Assembly (NCBI GenBank): GCA_012840075.1
Contig: DUMC01000133.1
Location: forward strand, 2,792-66,791
Length of the DNA: 64,000 nucleotides
Direction of reading: 5' to 3'
DNA from: Clostridiaceae bacterium
GTDB lineage: Bacteria > Bacillota > Clostridia > Acetivibrionales > DUMC01
Within the stretch, counting starts at the first letter, position 1, and each line of letters starts with the position of its first letter. The position numbers and the translations under genes are program-made. The notes under the pieces are model-generated. The model searched no databases and was not told the DNA's origin. It saw nothing but the letters and a program-made list of their open reading frames with translations. Shown piece by piece: positions 1 to 10,103 of this stretch.

Positions 1-2235
1 AGCTTTAATAACGGATTCGCTTCTTATATTTTGGTTATTGTTTTTATTATTGCTTTTATTATCATTTAAAACAAATTCGTCTTTTCCGCTGCTATCCATA
101 TTATTATTGTTATCCACATTTTTATCTGCCTGAACAAAAGCATATCTTTTAATAAAATTATTGCATTGGTAAAAATCAATCGTCCATCTTCTATGTTCTT
201 TTTGTATCAGGTACTTAAACCCATCATAACATTCTATCTGATAGACATTGTCGCTTACCCTGTTAAATTTAGAAACTAAAGGCTTATTCCTCTCTTCTAC
301 CTCTTCCATTAAATTCACAAAATCAGTTGATTTTTCATTTCTCTCTATAACAAGAACCGGAAATAGCTCGGGTATTCGAGTGGGGGGACCATATGCTTTC
401 CCTTTAAAGAAACTCGTATTTTTACAACCTATGGAATAAATATTTAAAGATGCTTCCTTAACTCTGAATTCCAAATGACAATCGTTATCAGTCGAAAAAC
501 CGTAAATTTCCTTGATAAAAGAATAATTTTCACCTTCAAAATTTGCAGGTTCCAATTTGCTTTCATTATTGTTAATTATTAAATCCCCAAAACTATGGAG
601 AGCATAATGATACTTATGCTTTTCTTCAGATTCTACACCGGCACAGTCAAAAAGAAGTCCATTAGCAAACAATATAATCGTCCTCTTCATATCAACTCCC
701 GGAGCTATTTCTTTTACTTGTGCGGATACAATAGATACTTCAGGTTTTTCTTCAAATATTATACATTCTCCGTCTACAGGAAGCTGTGTATACCCGTCTA
801 CCCCGATAGTATTATGTGCTATGGTTGAACGATACCACTTTAAATGGTCAAGATAATAATTTCCCGTACCCCAGTCAGACAGCCAACGGCGCCCGTTAAT
901 GAAAAGATTTAAATTTAACCTGTCGGGATGTCCGTGCCCTCCACCGTAATTTCCATAATCCAGGCTTACATATACTCCTTTATCATTTCTTCTTAATACT
1001 GCAAGCCCCGTCCCTTTCATATTGACACTGTAAGTAACCGGCAGTCCTTCCTCATCTCCAAGCTCAGGAGTTGCATTTAAAAAACCTCTCCAATCCAACC
1101 TATTTCTTCTGGAAACTTCGGAAGGGAATATATCTATAACACCTGCGGCATTTTGCTTTTCAGCATTACCATGTTCTTTATATGAATATACAATTTTTAA
1201 TATCTTTGCATACATAGGATCAAGATACCTGCTATAAGCAAGTTCATATAAATTAGCATACCATCTCTGAGCTATATGGCTGGCATACCTGGAATCTTTC
1301 CTTGACGGAAAGGTTAAATCAGGTTGCAGAGATAATAAAGGAGCATCAAACATCATTTTTATAGTATGTCCGTTGAAATCTTTAGAATACATGTCTATAT
1401 CATTATGTCTACACATTTCGGCAATATTTACAATTGAGGTAAGTGTTGCAAAATGATAGTTATCTCCCTCATACCATAAGCCGTCTTCCAGAACTGATTT
1501 TTCCATATGGACTTCAAAACCATGAGGCCCGTAAAGGGCATAATCAATAAGCTTAGGCTCTTCCAGCAAAAAGCCTACAGCTAATATTCCAGCATTATTA
1601 AATGCTTGTCTGTTGTTCATTTTTTCGTCATAATCAAGTATGATATCAACAGAAGGTCTAAACAAGTAATTCATAATTACCCTGTGATCATCTGCGGTAA
1701 AACAACTACTTCTCCTAACCATGTCATATGCTTCGGCTAAATACATTATCCAAATAGATTCCATGTAAGTTGATTGAAATGTTTTTGTAGGACCTAACTC
1801 ATTATCATTATTTGGATAATCATCATAATACTTAGCATAATCCAGTAGCATTTTTCTTATAGCATTTGCATATGCTTCATTTCCGTCTATTAAGTAAACG
1901 ATTCCAACCAGGACACTCATTTGGGATAGCCAGCAATGATATCTTAAAATCCAGGATCTTTTATATGGTTTATCTTTATAGTTCATCCCACATACAGGAC
2001 AGCAATAAGCATCCGGACGATATGGGTCAAATACCAGTTCAGTATTATCACGAGGACAGGTTTCAAAAAATACGTACCCACTTTCTTTGGGAACGTTAAA
2101 TCCTTTTCTTAAGAATGTATCTACAGTATTTTTTATATTAATGTAAGCTTCTGCATACCAATCATATTTTTGCAAATATTTTTTTATTTGTTCAATTTCC
2201 TTAATGCTTGTAAATAGATGCGGCTCAAAATTCAC
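1..2235 (-). CDS. heparinase II/III-like polysaccharide lyase family protein, partial (C-terminus lies beyond the left edge)
   Basis: Absent from the ORF track because no stop lies inside the window. My reverse-strand translation is open for 745 codons from GTG 2235-2233 to base 1. A GAGGGGA SD sits 5 nt upstream of the GTG, with an in-frame TGA just upstream. Sequence: VNFEPHLFTSIKEIEQIKKYL...CPRDNTELVFDPYRPDAYCCPVCG...YGNYGGGHGHPDRLNLNLFINGRRWLSDWGTGNYY...YRSTIAHNTIGVDG. The GHGHPD and AHNT segments are typical of the heparinase II/III C-terminal domain. Confidence 0.7.
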   Translation of the reverse strand, partial: MNFEPHLFTSIKEIEQIKKYLQKYDWYAEAYINIKNTVDTFLRKGFNVPKESGYVFFETCPRDNTELVFDPYRPDAYCCPVCGMNYKDKPYKRSWILRYHCWLSQMSVLVGIVYLIDGNEAYANAIRKMLLDYAKYYDDYPNNDNELGPTKTFQSTYMESIWIMYLAEAYDMVRRSSCFTADDHRVIMNYLFRPSVDIILDYDEKMNNRQAFNNAGILAVGFLLEEPKLIDYALYGPHGFEVHMEKSVLEDGLWYEGDNYHFATLTSIVNIAEMCRHNDIDMYSKDFNGHTIKMMFDAPLLSLQPDLTFPSRKDSRYASHIAQRWYANLYELAYSRYLDPMYAKILKIVYSYKEHGNAEKQNAAGVIDIFPSEVSRRNRLDWRGFLNATPELGDEEGLPVTYSVNMKGTGLAVLRRNDKGVYVSLDYGNYGGGHGHPDRLNLNLFINGRRWLSDWGTGNYYLDHLKWYRSTIAHNTIGVDGYTQLPVDGECIIFEEKPEVSIVSAQVKEIAPGVDMKRTIILFANGLLFDCAGVESEEKHKYHYALHSFGDLIINNNESKLEPANFEGENYSFIKEIYGFSTDNDCHLEFRVKEASLNIYSIGCKNTSFFKGKAYGPPTRIPELFPVLVIERNEKSTDFVNLMEEVEERNKPLVSKFNRVSDNVYQIECYDGFKYLIQKEHRRWTIDFYQCNNFIKRYAFVQADKNVDNNNNMDSSGKDEFVLNDNKSNNKNNNQNIRSESVIKA

Positions 2236-2599
2236 AACATCCCCTCATTTCCTTAAATTAATTTTACATTTAATTTTACTTAAATTAATTTATTTAAATT
2301 TAAGTTATTACCTTATTATCATATAAGCTAATTTTACTAACTGCTCAATGCAAATCAACCAGTATAATATGTTTTTTTGCATGATTTATTTGACAAGTAT
2401 AGTTATATAAAAATAAAATACTTTTTCGGCATCTTATCCAATTAGACGGAACTTATTATAAGGTTAAATAGTAAATATGCAAAAAAAACATGGAATATAT
2501 CATATTTTTCATGTTAAGTTATTCAAAATAACGTGTTATTATTTCAAGTGTGAAGTTATTGTGTTTGAACGTAAAAAGATACATAGGGGCGAATCTATT

Positions 2600-3547
2600 A
2601 TGAATATTAAAAATGCAACTGCTATTAGCAACCCTAAGAAAGTTAAAAAGAAAAAACTATTCACCAAAAACAACATAATATTATACATTATGTTTCTTCC
2701 TGTTCTGATTTCATATATCATTTTCCATATAGTTCCTATGCCTGGAATTTATTTAGCATTTGCAGATTTCAGAGTTATGGGATTTAAGGATATATGGGTC
2801 GGCTTAGACAACTTTAAATATATTTTTAATCTCAGCAATTTTTGGGATTCATTTTGGAATACATGGGTATTTGTATTATATAATTATATTTTTGCTTTCC
2901 CGGCACCAATTCTTTTGGCATTATTATTAAATGAATTAAAGGGTAAGTATTTTAAAAAGACTATTCAAACTATCAGTTGTCTGCCTCACTTTTTGTCATG
3001 GGTAGTAATTGCTTCTATATGGATTTCTATTTTGTCGCCAAGCACAGGCTATGTTAATTTTGTTATTAAGGCACTCGGGGGAGAGCCTATTTACTTTCTT
3101 TCAAAAGCAGATCTGTTCCCTGCTTTGCTTACTTTTATCAGAATTTGGAAAGATGTAGGCTATAATGCTATTGTATACTTAGCAGCATTATCTTCAATAG
3201 ATCAAGAGCTATACGAAGCTGCCCATATTGACGGAGCAGGACGTTTTAAGCAGACTATCTATGTTACTTTGCCAGGGATTAAATCAACAATTTTAGTTTT
3301 ATTCGTATTATCATTTTCAGGAATTCTAAACTTATTTGATCCCGTTTATGTATTTCAGAATCCTATGATAGCATCTACAGCAGAAACACTTGATACTTAT
3401 ATATACAAACAAGGTGTTGTTCAAGCCAGATATTCCATGGCCACTGCCGTTGGATTATTTAAATCTGTAATTTCATTTGTTTTCGTTATTTTGACAAATG
3501 TGCTCAGTAAGTATTTTACAGAAGACAGAGAAACTATTCTCTGGTAA
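2600..3547 (+). CDS. sugar ABC transporter permease (LplB/MalF-like)
   Basis: ORF 2477-3547. I prefer ATG 2600 (AGGGG SD about 10 nt upstream) because the 41 upstream codons look like AT-rich leader. Multi-TM permease with EAA-type loop LYEAAHIDGAGRFKQTIYVTLPGIK. Confidence 0.88.
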   Translation: MNIKNATAISNPKKVKKKKLFTKNNIILYIMFLPVLISYIIFHIVPMPGIYLAFADFRVMGFKDIWVGLDNFKYIFNLSNFWDSFWNTWVFVLYNYIFAFPAPILLALLLNELKGKYFKKTIQTISCLPHFLSWVVIASIWISILSPSTGYVNFVIKALGGEPIYFLSKADLFPALLTFIRIWKDVGYNAIVYLAALSSIDQELYEAAHIDGAGRFKQTIYVTLPGIKSTILVLFVLSFSGILNLFDPVYVFQNPMIASTAETLDTYIYKQGVVQARYSMATAVGLFKSVISFVFVILTNVLSKYFTEDRETILW

Positions 3548-3566
3548 GAATGAAGGGGATGATTTT

Positions 3567-4448
3567 ATGAAGAGATCCAGAGGCGAAAAAATATTTAATG
3601 TTTTTAATATAATTTTGATGGCGATTTTCTTAGTAGTTTTATGCGTACCAGTACTTATTATATTGAGAAAATCTTTTGATATTAGCAATCAGGGCATTAT
3701 GAATCTGTCACTCTTACCAGGTGAATTCTCATTGGTATATTACAAAGTTGTATTAAATGATAAAGGTATATACAGACCGTTTCTTAATTCAGCATACATT
3801 ACAATTGTAGGAACTGCTTTATCAGTGCTTATAAATTCAATGGGTGCTTATTCATTATCAAAAAAAGATCTCCCCGGTAACAGGTACTTCATGTATATGA
3901 TTATATTCTGCATGATGTTCAGCGGCGGACTTGTACCTTCATACTTACTAATTAAAAATCTTGGATTGATTAATAGTCTTTGGTCATTAATTCTACCGGG
4001 TGCTGCAAGCGGAATGAATATAATACTACTTCGAAACTATTATAATTCTATACCACCAAGCTTAACTGAATCAGCTAAAATAGACGGTGCTGAAGAATAT
4101 ACAATATTCTTTAAGATCATCTTCCCTCTATCTGCACCAATAGTCTCAACAATCGCACTTTTTTCAGGAATTGCATATTGGAACACGTTTTTTAGTGCCA
4201 TATTGTATATTAATGATCCTAAAAAATACCCATTTACCGTTAAGTTGCAGGAAATGATTATAAAACAGCAAGCTATGCAAGAACAGTTAGAAAGATATGG
4301 TGGTGCTGCCAACCTAAGCAATAATTTGGATGATCAAGGAGTTTATTCTGCAATAATTGTAATATCAACAATTCCGATAATATTAGTTTATCCTTTGTTA
4401 CAAAAGCATTTTACAAAAGGAATTATGCTAGGATCTATAAAAGGCTAG
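3567..4448 (+). CDS. sugar ABC transporter permease (LplC/MalG-like)
   Basis: ORF 3498-4448; preferred ATG 3567 follows a GAAGGGGA SD. Multi-TM permease with EAA loop LTESAKIDGAEEYTIFFKIIFPL. Confidence 0.88.
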   Translation: MKRSRGEKIFNVFNIILMAIFLVVLCVPVLIILRKSFDISNQGIMNLSLLPGEFSLVYYKVVLNDKGIYRPFLNSAYITIVGTALSVLINSMGAYSLSKKDLPGNRYFMYMIIFCMMFSGGLVPSYLLIKNLGLINSLWSLILPGAASGMNIILLRNYYNSIPPSLTESAKIDGAEEYTIFFKIIFPLSAPIVSTIALFSGIAYWNTFFSAILYINDPKKYPFTVKLQEMIIKQQAMQEQLERYGGAANLSNNLDDQGVYSAIIVISTIPIILVYPLLQKHFTKGIMLGSIKG

Positions 4449-4602
4449 CTGATTTATGATATAATGCTTTAATATGCGTATAAAACCTCAAGTATAGAAA
4501 ATCATGTATGGTAGGAAAGGGTTTTGAGTAAGTTCTTTTAAGATCCTAACACCTGCACAAGGTGTAGTATATAATAAACAAAATTTTAAGGAGGGTCATA
4601 TA

Positions 4603-6249
4603 ATGAGTAAATCAAAAATCAAAATTTATTGCTTTATCCTATGTCTTACAATGATTGTAAGTCTTGCTGTCGGTTGCGTACAAAGCAAAAATGACGGAAC
4701 AACCAATACTCAGCAAACAACTAATAATCAGGAAAAAACTACCCAATCGGAAAATTCAACACCGGCTCAAACCGGTCCACAAAGACCTGAGGTTTTAGAA
4801 GTTACAAGAACCTTATACTTTGGCGATGCTACTGATAATCCCGAGCTAAAAGAAGAATTTATGGTTGAATTTGAAAAGAGAACAGGTCAGAAACTTAAAG
4901 TTAATGCAATTCCAAGAAATGGTTACATGGAAAAGGTTAATTTGATGATATCTTCCGGTGAATTAAAGGGTCTTGTATCCGTATTCACCCCTGCAGATGT
5001 TCTAAAAGCAATTGAAGACGGTACTGCAGAGCCACTTGATGATTACTTAAAAGACAATGCTAATTGGAATAAGTTCTCTCAGGATTACAGGGATTCGTTA
5101 AAGTTCCAAGGTCACATTTATGGTATCAATGCAGGTTATTCCGGTAACTACTTTACAAGAGCTATTAGGAAAGACTGGCTTGATAACCTTGGATTAGATG
5201 TTCCTGAAACTGTAGATGATCTCTTTGAAGTAGCGAAAGCCTTCACAGAAAATGATCCTGACCAAAACGGACAAAATGACACAGGAGGTCTTACAGCTGC
5301 AGGTACATGGAATCTTGGCGATATATTCCAAGCCTTTGATGCAAGACTCGACAATACCAGTTCCGGTTCAATCACTTGGGATCCAAAAGAAGGCGCATGG
5401 ATAGATAGTATGCTAAAACCGGGAATGATTGATGCTTTAAAATATCTGAAAAGACTTTATGATAATAAATATCTTGATAATGAATTTTTAACAAATTCAG
5501 GGAACAACATGAGAGAAAAAATTTACACCGGTAAATATGGCAGTACTTTCTACTGGGCTATGTTCGGCTATACTACCTGCAGAAATGAAATGGCTAAAAC
5601 TTTCCCTGAAGCTGAATTTGTTGAAGTTCCTGCATTAAAAGGAACAAGAACTGAACAGCTCAATCACAGAGTATTAAACGGTATTGTTTATATATTAGTT
5701 AAAGGTACAAAACAGCCTAAAGAAACTGTTAATGCATTTGTAGACCTTATATTGTGTGACAAAGATGCTCACTTTATGAGCCGCTATGGTATTGAGAATA
5801 AAACATACAAATGGGAAGGCAATACTCTCGTAATATTAAACAACCCTGAAACCGGCAAGCCTTATGATGTTCCAGGTTTAACCGGTGAAATGCCTGAATT
5901 TGGACAAGACAAATATCCAGTTATTTACGATGGGACTCCGCAAGAAAGAGAACGTTCCCTTAATGATATAAATATTAAGAATGAAATGACTGAAAAGGCA
6001 TTTAAGGAAGGTTTGTTATTCGATGTTCCTTCAGCAGCATACGATTCTCCTATATCAGCCACATTTACTAACACAAGTGTAGACTACTACAAGTTATATG
6101 AAGAAGTAATTGCTTCTGTTGTCACAGGAAAAGCAACTCCTGAAGAAGCAGTAAGGACATATAGAGAAAAGATGAAAGCTCTTGGAGCAGACAAGATCCT
6201 TGAAGAAGCAAATGCTGCTATAGGTAAAAAATCTGTTATGCAGTATTAA
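4603..6249 (+). CDS. extracellular solute-binding lipoprotein of a polysaccharide/oligosaccharide ABC transporter (LplA-like)
   Basis: 548 aa after an AAGGAGGG SD. Lipoprotein signal peptide with lipobox LAVG-C and a Thr/Gln/Asn-rich linker. Large family-1 solute-binding protein, positioned directly after two permease genes. Confidence 0.85.
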   Translation: MSKSKIKIYCFILCLTMIVSLAVGCVQSKNDGTTNTQQTTNNQEKTTQSENSTPAQTGPQRPEVLEVTRTLYFGDATDNPELKEEFMVEFEKRTGQKLKVNAIPRNGYMEKVNLMISSGELKGLVSVFTPADVLKAIEDGTAEPLDDYLKDNANWNKFSQDYRDSLKFQGHIYGINAGYSGNYFTRAIRKDWLDNLGLDVPETVDDLFEVAKAFTENDPDQNGQNDTGGLTAAGTWNLGDIFQAFDARLDNTSSGSITWDPKEGAWIDSMLKPGMIDALKYLKRLYDNKYLDNEFLTNSGNNMREKIYTGKYGSTFYWAMFGYTTCRNEMAKTFPEAEFVEVPALKGTRTEQLNHRVLNGIVYILVKGTKQPKETVNAFVDLILCDKDAHFMSRYGIENKTYKWEGNTLVILNNPETGKPYDVPGLTGEMPEFGQDKYPVIYDGTPQERERSLNDINIKNEMTEKAFKEGLLFDVPSAAYDSPISATFTNTSVDYYKLYEEVIASVVTGKATPEEAVRTYREKMKALGADKILEEANAAIGKKSVMQY

Positions 6250-6322
6250 TAAATATTAATTACTGTGTAAATCCGATTGATTAAATCCGATTGATAATGT
6301 AAAGCCTGATTGGTATTGTAAA

Positions 6323-6370
6323 TAAAGGAAGGAGAGAAATCCGTGTATATCTCCTTCCTTTATTTTTTTT
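6323..6370 (+). terminator. intrinsic terminator after the binding-protein gene
   Basis: 12-bp stem taaaggaaggag / ctccttccttta (6323-6334 with 6351-6362), followed by a run of 8 T. Confidence 0.75.
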
Positions 6371-6575
6371 GCTTATTTCCCCTTTTGGTTTTATTTGATT
6401 TCTGCTTAAATAATGGTATAATATAAATGCAACAACATACATGATAAAACAATATACATGAAAATATGTATAAACAAAATATGCTTTTATGTATAAAAAA
6501 TATTATGTATAAATAAGTAAGATGGAGATTAATTTTTTTCATTTTATATCGTTTTATATCAAGGATGTAAAGCAA

Positions 6576-8420
6576 ATGGTTTTAACAAAAATAATTAGCG
6601 CAGTGAAGTCTAAACTTAAAGTTCATAGTTTAAAAACAAAACTTATATTTGCTATATTTCTGCTTTTTGCATTTTATATAGTAGTAATAATATCAAACAA
6701 CCTTATTATGTCGCTTTTGTTAAAAGAAAAAATAAATCATTCTATAATTAATAATATAAATCAGACTAATGTATATTTATCTTTTATGTTTACGAAAGCA
6801 AAAGAATTGTCTATAGATTTGTCGGTAAGTTTTTTTGAAAATGAAAATACTAAAAAGCTTTTTAACAGTTTACCGAAAGAAAACATAGATTCATATGATC
6901 AGTATAAAGCTATTAATGACATTTATACAAATATAATATACAGAGTAAGGAATAATAGCGAAATTGACTCCATTTATATTTATAGCGAAACTGCAAAACA
7001 ATTAATAACTTCACAAGCAGGTATTTTTTCTTATAACAGCATCAAAGATTATGCATGGATTCAATCAGCACTGAGTTATGATGATAATGACAAAAAAGCA
7101 TTTAACTGGCTTGGTTATTGCTATGATAGGGACCTTTACAACCTTCATTCCAAAAAACATTTGCTATCACTTATTTCAAGAGCTGATATTATAAACAGAA
7201 ATTTAAAATCTCCGGTTTATATAGGTATAAATTATGACGAAAAATATATTTATGAAATTATAAATAATATAAAGCTTACTCCTAATACCCTGGTGTATCT
7301 TATTGATGAAAATAAACGTATAATTTCTGCTGAAGACAAAAGTATAATTGGCACTATAATAGATAATGCGAATGATCTGGATCTGAGCAACAGTAATGAA
7401 CTTATAACATCCAGAGTCAAAATTGAAAATGCCGGCAGCTATCAAAGATTATACCAGAAAAACCCTGTTACCGGTTGGGCAATTCTTATGTTTATACCGG
7501 AAAAAGAACTTTTACTCGAACAAAAGATAATCTGGATTACGGTAATTACTACACTTGTTTTAGTTTCTTTTATACTTGTGCATATTGCATCAAGGATAGT
7601 TAGCCGTTATGTTGAAAAGCCTGTTACTAAGCTGATTAGGTACATGAGTATGGCAGAAAAAGGCGACTTCAGTAACCAAATAACCGAACAAACTCAGGAT
7701 GAATTTGATTCGCTATATAGAAGCTATAATGAAATGATTAGTAGAATCAAGACATTAATAAAGGAACTTTATAAAGAAAAACTCTTGAAGCGAGAAGCGG
7801 AATTGAAGCATTTGCAAAAACAGATAAATCCTCATTTTCTATATAATACTCTAGATACTATTAATTGGATTGCAAAATCTCATAATGCCCATGATATATC
7901 CCAAATTGTTATAGCACTATCAAATTTATATAGATCAATTTTTAATAAAGGCAAAGATTACGTGGAGATTACCCATACATTACAAAGTATTGAAAATTAT
8001 TTATATATTCAGAAATTCAGATATGGTAATTCTTTCTCTTATAATATTAGTATGGATGAAAGACTTAAAGGCTATATAATATTAAATCTGCTTATCCAAC
8101 CGGTAGTTGAAAATGCACTTGTTCACGGAATTGCAAGAAAAAATGGAGTCGGAACCATATGTATAACTGCCAGCCTTGACGATAATATTATTCGTTTCAC
8201 GATTAAAGATGATGGTGCCGGTATGAGTGAAGAACAACTTAAGCTTTTGCTGGCAAACATAAATTCACAGCATATTACATCTGATTCAGGTCTTAAAAAT
8301 GTTAATAATAGGATAAAACTTTTTTACGGAGAAAAGTATGGCTTATCCATCAAAAGCGAGCTTGGTAAGGGCACTTGCGTAGAAATATGCTTACCGGCAT
8401 TTGAGTATTTGCAGTGCTGA
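6576..8420 (+). CDS. sensor histidine kinase, YesM-like (HAMP + His_kinase + HATPase_c)
   Basis: ORF 6522-8420; ATG 6576 is preferred (AAGGA SD). Two TM segments flank a ~270-aa extracytoplasmic domain. Motif LQKQINPHFLYNTLDTINW is PF06580-type; ATPase motifs are IKDDGAGM and GLKNVNNRIKLFYG. Confidence 0.85.
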   Translation: MVLTKIISAVKSKLKVHSLKTKLIFAIFLLFAFYIVVIISNNLIMSLLLKEKINHSIINNINQTNVYLSFMFTKAKELSIDLSVSFFENENTKKLFNSLPKENIDSYDQYKAINDIYTNIIYRVRNNSEIDSIYIYSETAKQLITSQAGIFSYNSIKDYAWIQSALSYDDNDKKAFNWLGYCYDRDLYNLHSKKHLLSLISRADIINRNLKSPVYIGINYDEKYIYEIINNIKLTPNTLVYLIDENKRIISAEDKSIIGTIIDNANDLDLSNSNELITSRVKIENAGSYQRLYQKNPVTGWAILMFIPEKELLLEQKIIWITVITTLVLVSFILVHIASRIVSRYVEKPVTKLIRYMSMAEKGDFSNQITEQTQDEFDSLYRSYNEMISRIKTLIKELYKEKLLKREAELKHLQKQINPHFLYNTLDTINWIAKSHNAHDISQIVIALSNLYRSIFNKGKDYVEITHTLQSIENYLYIQKFRYGNSFSYNISMDERLKGYIILNLLIQPVVENALVHGIARKNGVGTICITASLDDNIIRFTIKDDGAGMSEEQLKLLLANINSQHITSDSGLKNVNNRIKLFYGEKYGLSIKSELGKGTCVEICLPAFEYLQC

Positions 8421-8472
8421 GGAATACAGCAGTTCTGAGGACATAGAAATACTCAAAATCAATCGACCAGTA

Positions 8473-10092
8473 TCAATCAGCCAGCTCTCTATATTCCGTA
8501 GGTGTAACCCCGAAAACTTTTTTAAATACTTTTGTAAAATGGTTAACATCTTTATATTTGAGCATATCAGCAATTTCATAAATCTTATAGTTACTGTTTT
8601 TCAATAATTTCTTTGCTTCATTCATCTTAACTGTAGTTACATACTCTATAAAAGTTTCATTCATCTCCTGTTTAAAAACCCTACTCAGATAGTTTGGACT
8701 AATATATAACGCATCAGCAGTTTTTGTTAGTGAGATATCATTATAAATATTTCTGCTGATATACTCTATTGCTTTCTTTATTAAAAAGCTATTATTACTG
8801 TTTTGTCTATTTTGCAGCTCACAGATAACCCTTTCAAACAACCGATTGAGATATTCCTCAAATTGGTTTATTGTCTGAAGATTTTTAAGATCATCAAATA
8901 TTTCATTTCCATGATTGAAAAAATCTTCTATTCTTATATTAAGGGCAAATAGTATTCTAGTTATGAAAAAAGATAATAGAAATATTAAATGTTCAGATTC
9001 TTCTATATTAGCACGTAATGTTTCTTCCAGAGCAACAATTATTTTATGGGTTATTTGCCATACCTTCTCCCTATCGAATATTTTTAATGAATAGATTAAA
9101 TCATTTTCCATTTTATTTATAGTGTCTTCGAAAATATTTCCAATTAGTAAATTTTTTTCATTTGTATCAATATTTTCAATATCGATTATTACATTATTTC
9201 CTAAAAGGATTTTATATTCAAGCGCATTTAATGCTTCCCTAAACGCAAGTGAAATTCCCTTTATACCTTCGTGTATTTTTCCTAATCCTATGGTTAACAT
9301 TAAACCTATTGACTTGTTTACATGATCTTTCAATTCGGTACATTTTTTTACTAATAATTTACGGTTTATTTCATTTCCTTGTATTAAAACACCTATATTA
9401 TTATCTATATTGAAGGAATAATATTTAAACATACATTGAAACATGTTTTTTAAACTATTTTCTACTGCAAGTTTTAGCATGCTTTTGTCGTATTCACTTA
9501 TTTCACCATCATTTTTATAGTTTTGTAACTCAAGCACCAAGGCAGCATATTGAGGCATGTCCAATTCTATTCCGAGGAATTTAGCTTTATCCTTAATTAT
9601 ATTTTCATCCGATAACTTTCCGGAAGCAATTTGATTAAGAAATATGTCCCTCAATATCGGAATATTATCTTTCAGTTGTTTTTTTAAATTCTCATCGGAC
9701 CTTATCTTATTAAATTGATCTTCAATAATATTTTTTGCCTCAAGTATTTTTGAAAATAATTTTTTATCATCTATTGGTTTTAATATGTAACTGAAAGCAT
9801 TAAGTTCAATAGCTTTTTGAGCATATTCAAACTCATCGTATCCGCTAATTAGGATTACTTTTATGTTTGAATATTTTTCTCTTATTACTTCAAGCACTTC
9901 AAGCCCATCTATATCCATCAATTTTATGTCAAGAATAACAATTTCAGGGGTATATTTTTCTATGAGTTCCAAAGCTTCATAACCGCTTGAAGCGGTTCCG
10001 CATACTTTGAGCCCATACTCATCCCATTTGAAAGTATTTTTTATTCCTTCTCTTATAGTATATTCATCATCAACGATTAAAACATTTATCAT
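8473..10092 (-). CDS. two-component response regulator, CheY receiver + AraC-type HTH (YesN-like)
   Basis: Receiver motifs VLIVDDE and ILDIKLMDIDG. C-terminal AraC HTH: ISPNYLSRVFKQEMNETFIEYV...FKKVFGVTPTEYR. The start lies 11 nt after the stop of the upstream URO-D gene, with a GAGGTG SD overlapping that stop. Confidence 0.9.
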   Translation of the reverse strand: MINVLIVDDEYTIREGIKNTFKWDEYGLKVCGTASSGYEALELIEKYTPEIVILDIKLMDIDGLEVLEVIREKYSNIKVILISGYDEFEYAQKAIELNAFSYILKPIDDKKLFSKILEAKNIIEDQFNKIRSDENLKKQLKDNIPILRDIFLNQIASGKLSDENIIKDKAKFLGIELDMPQYAALVLELQNYKNDGEISEYDKSMLKLAVENSLKNMFQCMFKYYSFNIDNNIGVLIQGNEINRKLLVKKCTELKDHVNKSIGLMLTIGLGKIHEGIKGISLAFREALNALEYKILLGNNVIIDIENIDTNEKNLLIGNIFEDTINKMENDLIYSLKIFDREKVWQITHKIIVALEETLRANIEESEHLIFLLSFFITRILFALNIRIEDFFNHGNEIFDDLKNLQTINQFEEYLNRLFERVICELQNRQNSNNSFLIKKAIEYISRNIYNDISLTKTADALYISPNYLSRVFKQEMNETFIEYVTTVKMNEAKKLLKNSNYKIYEIADMLKYKDVNHFTKVFKKVFGVTPTEYRELAD

Positions 10093-10103
10093 TGCTAAAC
10101 ACC

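Noticed and set aside
2477-2599. N-terminal extensions implied by the longest ORFs. Affected ORFs: 2477, 3498, 6522, 13696, 18066, 28693, 37863, 48068, 51249 and 62391.
   Set aside because: The upstream codons lack an SD, are AT-rich leader-like, or overlap the preceding gene. Internal ATG codons with GGAGG-type SDs give N-termini that match the families, so I moved the starts downstream.
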